A stretch of 64,000 nucleotides of DNA from Minutocellus sp. GHC0000111 (Eukaryota): contig OZ361259.1 in assembly GCA_977018835.1 (NCBI GenBank), positions 3,844,001 through 3,908,000 of the forward strand, read 5' to 3'. The notes beneath the pieces were generated by a model. It did not search any database. It worked only from the letters and a program-made list of their open reading frames with translations, and was not told where the DNA came from. The translations under genes were made by a program, and so were the position numbers. Below are positions 1 to 12,511 of the stretch, in pieces (position 1 is the first letter of the stretch; every line of letters starts with the position of its first letter).

Positions 1-3000
1 TCTCTTCTCGGATGGAGTCTAGTTCTTGTCGTAGCCTCTCCATTTCCATGTCTTTAGCAGTGCAGGCATCAGCCAGGGCACGGATTTCTGCTTCTTGGGC
101 GGTTGGTGTCTTGGGAAAGTCACGATAAATGATGGAGGACACCTGTGAACTTGCGACGCTCGATTGTGCGCCATGGTCCACACTGTTGGAGTCAGAAGCT
201 TGTAACATCGCCCTTTGTTCGTCCTCCTCGCGATTCCTTCGGCGGAGATTTTCTAGCTCCTGTTTGGCTCGTAGTGCTTCTCGCCGCAATTGATCTCGTT
301 CCCTGGCGACATTGTTGAGATTTCTTGCCTCCGATTTGAGATGTTTCAGTACGGCGCGGGCTCTTCGGGCCCTGAAGAGCTGTTGGATGTTGATGACAAG
401 ACGGACTGTAGCTCGGAATCGTCGATAAGGCACTGTCATTCGCCAAAACGATTGAAGGACAACGGCCTTGCAGTCTTGGCTGAGTACTGCAAATGATTCC
501 CTCGCCATTCTGCCCCTGAATTGGCGCTGTAGCCAGAGAGCAATGAAACGAGTGTTGGTATAGTCGTCGTATGCTATGAATCGTCGCCAGGCAGCTTGAA
601 TGACCGTAGCGCGATAGAAGTATCGCACTGTATCAACAAATCTCCTTGCCCTGTATCCTCGGAAGACAGTTTGGATCATGATTGCAGATTCGAGAATAAA
701 CATGTAGGAGTCCAAACAGTAGTACATTCGAACAACCGACTGGATTTTGGTTGCTGCGGCAGCAAGCTTTTCCGCTCGAAGCTGCTCGAGGGCCTCGAAC
801 GCTTGTTGTCGAAGAAATACCTTTGTCTTTCCGATTTGAACTCCGACCGAAATAAGGTCATGAACAAACTCCTCGCTCGAATCGGTTGGGGATTGGCGAC
901 CGTGCTGATAATTCCATATTTGTGGAACAAGAACATCGACAAGGACATGACAAATATCATGTCGCCGGTGGCGCCTCGCCGCGTCAAAGGCGTGTCCACC
1001 AAGGACACCATATCGTTGGGCGAAGAGTGAATGTGGATACCTTTGTGGGAAGCCTACGCGTGATACACGGACAGCTTCCAAAACACCAGCGCATCGGAGT
1101 TGGTCGGCGATGATGCCGGGGACAAAATTATCGGGCACGAGCTCATCATTTGGCTTGAGGCAACGGACGTAATGCGGCGCAGTTTTGTCGATGCGTTCTC
1201 TTAGCTGCCGCAGCTGAGAGCCAAATTGACTTCCAACGCTTGCTCGGGATAAGGAGCTTCCCGAACGTTTCAACGGACTGCCTGTGCCACCCGCACGAGG
1301 CGAAGATGCTGCGGACGGCGACAAGGAAGCCGACAGCATCCCACCGAGTTCTTGCAACAGCGGCTTGGACGATGAAAGTAAGAGGTCAGTGGTCTCTTTG
1401 GGAAGCTCATCTTTGTTCTTGGCAATGAATGACTCTGAATTGTACTCGACAGGTCCTGCGTAGTGTTGAATCGAGAAACAACCAACAGCCTTGGACCTAT
1501 CCGAACCGATGAAACGAGGATGGTCTGCACATATCTCGTATGTCTTTGCGACAAATGTTTGGTCCGTGCATTTCGTTAGACGACATTGCTCGTCCAAAAT
1601 CGAAATGATGCCCGTGCGTTTCTTTTCAATGAGATCGAGCACTCCTTGATTATCCGGAAATTCGATGAAGGACCACTCTATACCTTCTCTCTCATATTCC
1701 TGCTGCTCGAGCTTGAAGACATATCTGTTGAATTGGCTTTGAAGGGTCTCGTTGCAGTAGTTAATGCAGAGCTGTTCGAAGGAGTTTACCTTGAAGGATT
1801 CAAAGCCAAAGATATCCAAAATGCGGATAGCTGATGAGGAAGAAGATGTGGTGCCGTCGGTCGATTCAAACATGATGGAACTATTGACCTGCTCAACGAT
1901 GTATCGAAAGAGTGCACCGTATGTTGCCATCATAAACGCTTCCAGGGCCTTGGTGGCCTGGTCACGCGATAGAACCTTCCGAAGAACTTCGCCTGCGACC
2001 TCGATTGTTGAGGTACAAAGAGCATCATTCAGTGCGTTCGCCGTCACTCCAAGCAAATGAAGGACGTTGGGAAGCGATGGATTGCTTCCATCAAGCTGAC
2101 TACTGCCGTCGTGGCTGTCTCCGTCCAAGAAGGAAAGGTTGGAACAAAAGAGCATTGAGGCAGGAACAGACAATATTTCCAGCTGCTCTTCAGAAGTAAA
2201 GCCCACGGTGTCCATAGCCGCCTTGAGGTGTGCAAAAGTGCTGGCATCGCTCACTCCATCTCTTCGATCAAAGGTACCCGATTGAGATGTCATAATAAAA
2301 TGTTCTGGTGTGGCATGGCGCAGACCAAGTGCGGACTTTTCCGACTGTGAAGGACCCGAGCCATCGGACAAGAGCTCATAAAATATGTGAAAATTCCGCT
2401 CTCCCCGACCCTGCGTAATTAAGCGAACCTTTTCTAGCAGATATGTTTCAATGGCCGCTCCCGCCAGCGTTCCAGATCTATGAAATTGCATCTCAATGAA
2501 TTTGCCAAAGCGTGAAGAGTTGTCGTTCCGAATGGTCCGGGCATTCCCAAAACTTTTTTGGTTGGACAGAGTGAAATGACGCAAATGCAAAGAGAGAGTG
2601 AGAGAAAAAGGAAGGTTGGTATAGATTTGTTGAATGCAAATGCAACGAAAAGGACAACAGCACCACCTGCTCACCTTTCGAGGATGGGATTGGATTGTAA
2701 AACTTGGCCTTCGATGCCCCCTTCTCCGCCACTGCTTTCACCAGAATGATCACTTGATTGCTGCGACAGAGTGGCTAGATATCTCATAACAATCTTTGTC
2801 GTGACGGTCTTTCCGGCACCGCTTTCACCCGACACGAGGATGGATTGATCACCACCCACATCACCCGAACGGCCATCCTCGAACGATCTCATCATGGCAC
2901 GGAAGGCAGCGTCGGCAACTCCAAAGGCATGAGGGGGCAGCCTGCCAGTATCGCTGTCACTAACACCCCCACCCTGCCGTTGCCAATACCGTCTCATGGT

Positions 3001-4239
3001 ATCTGCCGAGTACAGTCCATCAATGGTCCGGAATGGGTTGCACGCCAATAGGATGGGTCCGGTGTTGGTGTAAACTTCACCGCTGTCATACCTCGTGCGA
3101 AGACAGTGCACCACCGCCGGTTCATGCAGATGCGTCAACTCAATCAAATCGTCTGGCGGCATCATTGGCGTGGCTGCAGTCACGTTCGTCGTGCTCCACC
3201 ACGAGTTGGCCGGAGCGGTACCATCTCGAACATCCTCGCTCGATATCGTTATCGTTCGTCCAGTATATGTCGGGTAGTCCTCATCTTGTATCGTTATCGT
3301 AAGAGGCAAAACTGGCTTGGAATCATCTTCTGCTGTCTGCCTTTGTCTGTTATGTCTTTGATGTGTTTGTCGTCCATTGGGTATTGGGGTGGAATTGCTC
3401 CGATGGAAAAATGCCGGTGATGTTGACGACGGCGATCTGGTCGTACCATTCTGTTCATTGCCAAATCGAGGCGAAGCCGCAGACCCAACTCTCCGAAGTT
3501 TGACATGGCCAAACGGACTGACGGGTCCTTCTTCCTCAATTGCACCATTGCAAACATTGCCATTGTCGTTGGCGTCATTGTTTGCACCAGCAGCACCATT
3601 ATTTCGGTCTGCACCATCAGACCCAGTGGGAGACGCTGACGTGCCCGCTGGTATGGCCCAACCTCTGACCCAACCCCAGTCCTGCTCCGATCGGCCGCTA
3701 CCCTCTGCCCCCGCACCGTCCATCCCTGTCGATGATGATGCCGAGGGCGAGCCAAATCTGCGATTTCGGCCAAACTGTCGTCGGGCAGCCTGCCCCAAGG
3801 CTGCACCGCCGTTGCCGTCCTCGGAAAGGTAGTGCTCTAGCACCGACGTTTTGATCCAGATTGGGTTGCCCCCGCTCCCACTGCCGCTCGCTGCGTGAGG
3901 GGGTGTGCCGATGCCGGCGGCATTGGACGGTCCATTGCCGCGAGTCGTGTGGTTGCTGCGAGGCAATGCCGAGGAGGGCGAGCGAGGCACATCCCGTGCT
4001 GCGAACGAATTTGATCCGGAGCTGCCAGCAGCACTGCTGCTGCTGCTGCCAGGCCGAGGTCGGACATATCCTGCGCCAGTTCCAGCACCCCCTCGCGACG
4101 CACGGTACGAGCCGCTGAAGCGGCTGGTGTCGGAGGCCGGCCGGTACGACCGCGGAGTGGAGGAGGTGGCGGGTGCGCCACTAATACCACCTCGTCCCGC
4201 CGGCGGGTCGGCGCCCACCCGCGATGGGTTGAAGGGCAT
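1..4239 (-). CDS. Unconventional myosin heavy chain (motor domain plus IQ motifs); 3' end runs off the window; intron 2553-2674
   Basis: Exon 1 has DDLIELTHLHEPAV, YTNTGPILLACNPF and the P-loop GESGAGKT. A GT-AG intron (AG|gtgag...aag|T) joins NPILE to SFGNARTIRNDNSSRFGKF. Exon 2 has YLLEKVR, ERNFHIFY, LDIFGFE, NSFEQLCINYCNE, HYAG and IQ-like motifs (IQAAWRRF, LQRQFRG) near 520-610. Confidence 0.95.
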
Positions 4240-4485
4240 CTAGAAGGATGCAGCAGCTGCTATAATATGGGGGAGATGCGAATGACGTTCGTTCAGATAC
4301 CGCAGCATAGCAGCAACATTAGTGGGTGGTTTGCTGTTTGCTACCCACCCCAAGCAAGGCGAGACGAATAAGATGGTGGCAAAATGGCGGTCTTTTTTAC
4401 AGGAGTGGCTGGCGCGTCGGCGTCGGCAGGCTGGCTCGCAGAGCGACGGCATTGGCGAATGATGGAGGATGGATGACTGCCTGGC

Positions 4486-4595
4486 TGACGACTCTCCCTG
4501 CAAACAAACAACTTAAGAATTAATAGTGTTATAACTATCGCCGGTAAAGGTCTTTATACTCACTTGCTGATACAAGATGACGACTCTCCCTGCAA
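4486..4595. repeat. 18-bp direct repeat TGACGACTCTCCCTGCAA (4486-4503 and 4578-4595) upstream of the myosin gene
   Basis: Exact match read from the sequence. Confidence 0.8.
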
Positions 4596-4610
4596 CTACT
4601 ACATAAAGAT

Positions 4611-5252
4611 CTAGTACTGCATGTGTAAACGCAGCTTGACTTTTAATTCTTCTGTGTAAACAGGACGCGAATGCGATACTACAGAAGTACATACATTGTA
4701 CAGCTGTACGGAGGAGCCTTCCTCGCAGCTCTTTCGCTTCTCGACCATCGATTCCATGCAGTAGACGAGATTATCGATGATAAGTTCCGTCGATGTCTTT
4801 TTGGGCCAGTAGCGAGCTGGCTTCATGTAGAAGACGTCGTGTCCCTCCTTCGATTTGAGGTGAGGGAGCACAAAGAGCGTCTTGCTTAGGAGCTGATCCT
4901 CGAGCTTCTCGGCATGGAGCTCCAGGTACCGGGGGTTGAAGTTCTTCATCACCTTGAAAGCTGGCTCGACGGCAAACTTCTTCGGTCCGGGAGAGCACCG
5001 CGCAAAGCGAAGGATCATGGCATCGGAATACTTATGGCCGCGATCTTTCTTGTTCCAGCGCTCCTTGAGCTCGTCGAAGCACGCCTTCTCTTCCTCCGAG
5101 AGGGCGGCGATCTGCTCCGCGGTGGTCTTCTCATCGATCGGAGCAAAGCGCATGGGTCCATCCCCGAGCTCCTTCTGAGCCTTTTCATAAATCAGCATGT
5201 GGTCGACATTGTCGAGGCCACTGATGATTTCAGATTCGCGGCGGTCGGGCAT
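4611..5252 (-). pseudogene. CRAL-TRIO (Sec14-like) lipid-binding protein, apparently 3'-truncated
   Basis: YSDAMILRFAR, LKSKEGHDVFYMKPARY and IIDNLVYCM match the N-terminal half of the CRAL-TRIO fold. Similarity stops after SCEEG (~4716) and runs into non-coding-like sequence, with no room for the rest of the domain before the myosin promoter. Confidence 0.6.
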
Positions 5253-5660
5253 GTTCTTTCTTGAGATGTGGATGGGATGCGGCAGGGGGCAAGATGTGTT
5301 GGTATTATTGCAAAGTGCGAGTCAGCAGAGAATACGATAAGATGGAGATGCAATGTGCGACTCTGCAGAGAAATGAGGTAAGATATGGTAGGATGGTTCG
5401 CTGGTCGAGCAAGTTGAAGATTTGTGACTCCGCAGAACTTCATGCACAACGCCATCTCGGCGAAGCTTGCTTCGGCGAAATTCAATTCAAACTACTTCAC
5501 GTGCGATCATTTTGCGGCCGCGCAAGCTACAGTACGGTCCATAGCAAGCAAAGCCTGATGAGCCCATGCCAGCCATGCCATCGGCAATACTTTACGGTAT
5601 TCACCATGTTCTATTGAAAGATCTTCTAGAAGACTCTAGAGAGTCGAAGCACTCAATATT

Positions 5661-7178
5661 TTACAACTCACCAGAGTCCAAGGAAGCTGCTCGTCGAAAG
5701 TTCCAAGAACTCAAAATTTCCCATCGTAGATCACTGACACTGATCATAATGAAGCCAGTAACGGCCGCAAGGATCATCATCAACGTTATGATGATCACAT
5801 ATCTTTTCTGTTTATTGCTCATCACCTCCTGACTTGCTCGATCCCCACAACGAGCTACGAGATGAGGCGTCTGCCGCAGTAGCTCATAAACGGTGTCCAG
5901 ATCGCAATTTGTTTCACAACTAGCCGCCAACATGAACGGGTAGAGGCCGTAGACGCCATTCCTAGTCTCCAAAGCTTTTGGTTCGATATCAATAATCATC
6001 TTCATCCGGTTGTCGGAGTAACCACATCCGCTGCCGATGAGGATATGAAGAGGCAAATTACCTTTGCGGTCAAGCATCCTAACCATTCCTGGGTGGCCAA
6101 AAGGAGGCTTCAGGAGCATTCGGACGATATTTTCATTTGCCTTCTTATTCAATAGAGCCAAATGTAGAACTGAACGTCCATGTCGATCACGATCTTGACA
6201 TTGATTTGAATAAACGGCCAGCGCATATCGAATTATCGATTCTGGACAGTCCAATTCAACTAGTGTATGGAGAAGTGGCATCTTTGTCTCACCAAATGAT
6301 CTTCCCTTCGCCTCAATCGTTTCCGAGGCCAAAATCAATAGTTTCTCCCACTTTCGCTTTGCCGATGGGCTCAGACTCTTGGATTTATCGCTTGATGATT
6401 GCCCCGCATCTTTTTTCCCCTCTGAAACTGCCATGTTCCCAAGCAAAAATTCTTGCAATTCGACGCCCTTATCGATCACATCTATCGCAGCACGAAGAGG
6501 AGTAATTCCATTTGTGCTTTCTTGCAGCACATCCCTTGTGCCTTTGCCCCATCCCCAGTTGCACTTTTCCCCTTCTTCAATCAGGTATTGTAAAACATCT
6601 ACACCCACGTTCGTCGCATATGCCGCTCGATGCAACGGTAGATAATCAGCATTGTTCAATATATATACTGCCCGAGGACAAGCCTCCACAATTGTCTTGG
6701 CTGTTGCTAAATTCTTGACGGAATGCAATGGGGTACACCCACCTGAAACTCTGCAGGTCCACGCTGCTGCCTTGGGACAGGCACGAACGATAAGTCGAAT
6801 TATGTCGGGGTCGAGACCAGTTGATACAGCCATGTGGAGAGGACTGACGCGAGTCATGGGATTTGCATAGCTACACGCTCGAGGACATGCCTCTACCATC
6901 TGACGAATGATGTGATCAGGAATCTCTCGACGTGTTCTGGTCGTGGTCTGTATGGCAACCATTAGACAATTGTCCCCTGTTTGTGATACAGAGGCCACCT
7001 CTCGAGGATGCGTCGATATTCGTCTGGATGCAGCCTTCAGAATAGTGCCTTCATAGTCGGAAATTTGGTCAAGGATGTCGTTTGGTACATTGTCGACAAA
7101 GGGTCCTCCCGTCAGTAAATCGAGTAGAGGGGTCACGTCAGCCAATACCGCGACGGGTTCCTTGGCCTTCGACTGCAT
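5661..7178 (-). CDS. Ankyrin-like repeat protein (diatom LPLH type) with a C-terminal transmembrane helix
   Basis: 505-aa ORF with repeated SPLH/TPLH/LPLH/SVLH motifs, a GLYPFMLAA...LDTVYELLR end motif and a hydrophobic C-terminal segment. Confidence 0.8.
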   Translation of the reverse strand: MQSKAKEPVAVLADVTPLLDLLTGGPFVDNVPNDILDQISDYEGTILKAASRRISTHPREVASVSQTGDNCLMVAIQTTTRTRREIPDHIIRQMVEACPRACSYANPMTRVSPLHMAVSTGLDPDIIRLIVRACPKAAAWTCRVSGGCTPLHSVKNLATAKTIVEACPRAVYILNNADYLPLHRAAYATNVGVDVLQYLIEEGEKCNWGWGKGTRDVLQESTNGITPLRAAIDVIDKGVELQEFLLGNMAVSEGKKDAGQSSSDKSKSLSPSAKRKWEKLLILASETIEAKGRSFGETKMPLLHTLVELDCPESIIRYALAVYSNQCQDRDRHGRSVLHLALLNKKANENIVRMLLKPPFGHPGMVRMLDRKGNLPLHILIGSGCGYSDNRMKMIIDIEPKALETRNGVYGLYPFMLAASCETNCDLDTVYELLRQTPHLVARCGDRASQEVMSNKQKRYVIIITLMMILAAVTGFIMISVSDLRWEILSSWNFRRAASLDSGEL

Positions 7179-7279
7179 TCCACTTAGCTACGCAGATAAA
7201 ATTGACTACGTGGTGATTGCATTTGCAGAGCACTGCCGCCACGATTTAGCCCGTGATTACTCGTGCGGTCGCTCGGTAG

Positions 7280-8535
7280 ATGCACGACGCGGCACCAGCA
7301 TACCATACCACGCACATCGAAGCACGGAAGCAATTGCCCGTCTACAAATACAAGTCCGAGATATGCCAAACCGTCACCAACAACGAGGTGACGCTCGTAG
7401 TGGCCGAAACTGGATCGGGAAAGTCTACCCAGATCCCATCGTTCCTTCACGAGGGTGGTTGTCTCAAGCAGAATCGCAGCATGATCCGTAAACCCCAGGT
7501 CAAACGCAAGAGTCCGTATGGCAAGTCGATCTGCGTCACCCAGCCCCGTCGAGTGGCCGCCATTACCGTGGCCAAACGTGTCGCCGAGGAGATGGGGTCG
7601 GTGCCCGGTGGACTCGTCGGTCATCGGGTTCGATTCGACGATACCACCGACCTTGCCGGTCCCAACACATCTCGTGTGTGGACGGTATGCTTCTCAGAGA
7701 GGCACAATCGGACCCACTATTGAAGAGATATGGCATCGTTGTTCTGGATGAGGCTCATGAACGGTCCTTGCAGACAGATGTCCTTTTTGGTGTCGTCAAG
7801 CGCGCAATGGATGCCAGGATGGGACGATACAATAACTCTGCCATGGATCAGCAGGTGGACGAAAATGACAAGGACAACCGCATTCGCAATGCCCTGGGAA
7901 AGGTCGCGGCCCAGCTGGAATTGCCACCGCTCAAGGTTGTGGTCATGTCGGCAACTCTCGAGGTGGAGACCTTTCAGCAATTCTTTCAGAATGTACCAAC
8001 CGAAATGGTCAAGGTTCCTGGACGATTTTTCCCAGTAACGACGCTGTACACCAAGGGGGCACAAGAGGACTACATTGATGCCGCTCTGTCTGCAGCATTG
8101 CAAATTCATCGAGATGGAGAAGAGGGAGATGTATTGATCTTTCTCCCGGGTCAAGAAGAAATTGAAGACCTGGCGGCACTCTTGAGAAAGCATCTGGATG
8201 AGGAGGCTGATCTGGCGAGAACATTAACCAGTGGCGAGAATGAAAGTGGTGGCGATGACGAGGACGATAAGGGCGACGATAAGAAGCCACCCGTAGACAT
8301 TGTCCAGTCTCTCAAGGGAATGGGAACCAATCTCAATTCTGGCCAGAATGCCATTGTCAACGGTGTGCTCGTTTGCGTCCTATATGCAGCCCTGCCGCCA
8401 GAAGCTCAAATGTTTGCCTTCCAGCCCCGACCTGATGGATGCTCTCGCAAGATTATTTTGGAAGGTATTCGCTACGTCATTGATACAGGAAAACAAAAGG
8501 TTCGAGAATTCAGCGGCTCGACTGGTAGATATTGA
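7280..8535 (+). pseudogene. DEAH-box RNA helicase (Prp22/Prp43/DHX33 family), disrupted and truncated
   Basis: Motifs [37 protein letters not shown] and [11 protein letters not shown] are present. There is a frameshift at ~7678, motif V (ATNIAETS) is missing between KIIL and EGIRYVID at ~8460, and the frame stops at 8535 before motif VI. Confidence 0.9.
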
Positions 8536-10987
8536 AGAACAACAAGAGCAATCCCGTGAGTTGACCACCACGCCCCCGTGGGCAACCGGATCCGACTGTA
8601 CGCCCGATGGACCATTCTACAATCCTGGAGCCGTCGATACGTGCCGAGATTGTTGCAAGGAGCGAAAGTGCCGCAATCGGTGCCTCAATCAGTGCAAGAG
8701 CGACGCCTCCAGTAAGGCCCAGAGGCGTAAGGAGTACTGTAAATCATACAGGGGCTACGAGAAGGACGGTCCACCCGACTGGACTACCTGCTCCAACAAA
8801 CTCGGAGAATACAAGGATTCGCACTGCTCGGATTACGATAAGTGTGTGACCAAGTACGAAGCCAGGCATATCGCCGACGACGCGTGGTATTACTGCGACG
8901 ATTTGCACGTTCCTACCTTGGACTGCTCAGGGTTTGGAGATTGCGTTTATGAGAAATTCAAGCAAATCGCCCTTCTGAAAAGCAAATCAGCACTCAATGA
9001 TTGCAAGGCGGGGGTGTATAAGAATTACGCAGAGGGCAAGTGCGATATTTCCTGCCTCCCAAAGAATAGGCGCCTCCAGCAGGATCAGTGGAAAAGTGAC
9101 TGTCCGAAGAAGCAAACATGTTTTGATTGCGAGTAAGTATATTTTCGATTGTATCTGTTTTTTTGTAAGAAATACGGCAATTGTTCCTTTTTCATTGTGC
9201 GTTGATCTAATGCTAATTCCCTCGCTTCGATGCTTCACATCAAATGACAGAACTACATGCTGTGGCGCATATGGCAACCCTGCTGGATGTACCGACCTTT
9301 GTTGTAAGTGCCCAGGCCGATGCACAACTCCGCCAACACCTTCTCCAGGTGGCTGTACCGACCAGGAGTGCATCGACTATTCCAAGTGTGTCTACGGTTT
9401 CTACGAAGCCGAGGCCCAGAAGAAGAAATATGAGGCCGAACACTCCTGCAAGCCTAATAGCTTTGTCAGCGGTAAATGCGACTACAAAATCCCCGAGTGG
9501 AAGCCCAAGTGTGGGGATTGCAACAATTGGCATAGTAAAGATGATGATGACTGGTGCGACGCATGCAAGGCAAACAATTGCGACGACATTCTCAAGGAGC
9601 TTCAGTTTGCCAAGGATCACTCCAAATCCGGTTCCAAGGGTCGACGTGCTATCTGCGACGACTTTTGGTACTGCATCGAGGAGTATGAACGTGATTATGA
9701 TGGTTCGGAGAGTAGGGAAAAAGGCAACGATGCAAGGAGTGACTGCAGAAGATGCGAAAACAACGGCGGGTAAGTTTGGTAAACCGCGCCGAAGTTCATC
9801 ATTTATGAGTCTATTGTTTTGAAAGCCCCGTTTCACTCATCTCTTGCTCATCTCTACTCCACTCGTCTTGAATGTTTACACCCATTACAACGTACTTTAC
9901 AGTGACTGCAAGGACGAGGTCGGCGACGATCACGAAAAGGGCAAAGATGATGTGTGCCTGAGTTATCTCGGCGGCTGGGACCGATCCTGCAACTCGTACT
10001 ATGACTGCTGGAACGATGATCTTCGAGGCGAGTGTAACGATTGCGCCAACAACGTTGGCGGATTCGATTGCGATCTAAAATACGAACAGTGCAAGGATAA
10101 TTGTTTGGAGTCTACATCAATCGTTTCCTGCGAAGATGAATGTGATGTATGCTTCTGTGAGAGTAACCCCGATCTCGGCATTGAGAAATGCCAATCCATC
10201 GGAGACGATTGCTGCAAGGATCCATATGGTGAGTTCGGATATTTTATTGCGCGGATATTTACCTTATCTTCGTTTGCCTTAGCTGACAATTTATCTTACT
10301 CTCTTTCATTTATCTCTCAACTCTTCAGGATGGCTCAACGATCCGGACATGAGAAGTCTGGAATACATTCGCAAATGTTCTCCTTCTAACGACTGTGGCA
10401 CATGCCGTGGTAATTGTGAAAAAAATGATGACTGCCACAACGTCAACCTTTGCTCCAAGGACCCAGACAACTTTAAGGCCATATATGAAATCCCTGGGTG
10501 CAAGGGCGACCCTGCAAATGTGAGAGTTCCAGGAAACCAAGATCCTTTGGAGGTTGGTTATTGCTACAACCCCAACAAGAGCTACCCGGATCGCACCACC
10601 CTCACCAACCGCTGTCTTGCCGAGACCACAACGAATGGGTACGGCCAGTGCTGCGGTCTCCCTCGCTTCGCCTCGCAGTGTGGACAAACCTTCAACAATT
10701 ACTGTGATCGCAAACAAGACGTAGTGGTCATCCAACCAGGAGAGCCAGGCACGGGCACGGAGCCTAGCACTCCCGTCTTCGAGCTTGCTCGATACACAGG
10801 ATCTTACTGTGGCACATCGCTCGTCGATATCTGCAGCCCTTGCCCATCCGTTGACAGCGATGATGGATGTCCTGCCGTTTCTTGCCCTGACAACAAATTC
10901 TGCATCACCGTCAAAGATATCACTTGTCCTGGATGCTTTGTCCAAACTAGTGTGACCAGCGTCGAACGCTCGGGTGGAGGCGATTAG
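8528..10987 (+). pseudogene. Cysteine-rich, probably extracellular protein with a frustulin ACR-like domain; 5' end missing; introns 9133-9250, 9770-9902, 10229-10328
   Basis: Three GT-AG introns join four Cys-rich exons in frame. The last exon has CGTCRGNCEKNDDC...LC...IPGCKG...YCY, resembling the frustulin acidic cysteine-rich repeat. No start codon or signal peptide is visible and the frame abuts the helicase remnant. Confidence 0.7.
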
Positions 10988-11159
10988 ATGTGCCCAGATC
11001 GAGTTGTCCTCTCTTCATTTAGAGTTAGAGAGAATTGTGTCCTTACTCGACTTTAGTTTGTATCATGGCAGCAATTTTTTGCACTGTTTTGATTGTTTGC
11101 ATAAAAGAGCTGTAATCACATTAGGTTTTAGATATGCCTTGTTCCACCTATGCCTCTTC

Positions 11160-12326
11160 CTACCTTATTGAAGCTGAAAGTAGTCGGGCAGATCCCTGAT
11201 GCCTTGCGAGACCGGGCTTTGGCAGCCAGTCAACCAACTCCCAACCGTTCCTGTTTAGCTCTACAATACCATCATCCAGATTACCCTCTGGAATGTTCTC
11301 TAGTCTGTCGGCAAAACACAACGACCCATCAAGACCGTGCTTGTTGAGCACATCACTGCATATTCCAAGTAGCGCTGATGGGACACCGTCATCCAGAAAA
11401 ATCATGACCCCCTCAAAGACGAATATGTTATGAAACTGCTTCCGATCCGACGTATCATCACCGCTGGTAACGATCCCCTCTAGCTTTTCTCTAACTTCGT
11501 CCAATTGGTTGAGATCAATAGGCATCATTTTCGGAAGATCTTGATCTTTCATTCCCCTTCGCCGTCTGCGTCGAAGCAATCGATTGTGGAATAGCTTTTT
11601 CTTGGCTTCGATAACATCAGCCAAATCAAACTCTACCGCCTCATCGACCAAGCCCCTCTGTCTCAGCTTTAAAGATCGAATATCATATCCGCCCCCAAGC
11701 ATAATCAGTCGTATTCTTTTGGTTGTATCCTCTTTCCTCACTTCATTGACAACAGTTGCAATCGCCCTGTCTAAGTATGCCGTTCGTATTTCAACATTGG
11801 CATGGTGAAGACGAGGATAGAAGCGTCGCAAGCGTTTCGACACAATCGCCCGCGTTCCTCTTGGCAATAAGTCGTATGAAAGACCGTCATCGTAGGCCGG
11901 TGACGACTTATCATTCCCACTCAACGCCTTCCACCACAATACCGCCAGGCTGAGAGAGGAATCTGGTGGCTTGTTCCTATCGAATGCGTGCAGGATACCG
12001 CCATGCTCGTTGCCACGTCTTTTTCGTTGCCTTGGGATTTGCCGGTTTCACACCGACGGCCGCAGCTGCCTCCTCGGGAGACAAAATGGTGGAATTGTTC
12101 TCACTGCCGTATCGGTTGCTGCCGCGGATCTCGTTGGGTCGCTTGAGTTGCCGAACGACCTGGCCTGGTTGTGATGGCTCACTGCCGCCGGTGCTTGCGG
12201 TAGATTGCAGCACACTGCTTGGCGGTGATGATGGCTGTGACAGTAGCGGATGAGTAGGAATGCCATCCCGCCAGCGACGAATGCATTAGCCGAGCAGAGC
12301 AGCAGGCATAGGATAGACAGCTTCAT
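11160..12326 (-). pseudogene. SAM-dependent methyltransferase, leucine carboxyl methyltransferase-like, plastid-type presequence; two frameshifts
   Basis: MKLSILCLLLCSANAF signal, EIRTAYLD, MLGGGYDIR, EFDLADV and FVFEGVMIFL. The frame changes at ~12260 and again at ~11995 (QRAWR | ILHAFDRNKPPDSSLSLAVLWWKA). Confidence 0.75.
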
Positions 12327-12511
12327 GGTCCGGTATCGGTTGAAGAATGCAATGAGGACTTGTCTGCTCATTGCTGTGCTGTGCGTGCGAAGGGCTTGAC
12401 TTGTTCGACTAATGTGAATCGTCTGTCCGCCACCGCCGACCTTATCATTTATCATCTTATCATCTTGCTTGCTGACGACCGCGATGCCATTACTAGTATT
12501 ACCGCGCCACC

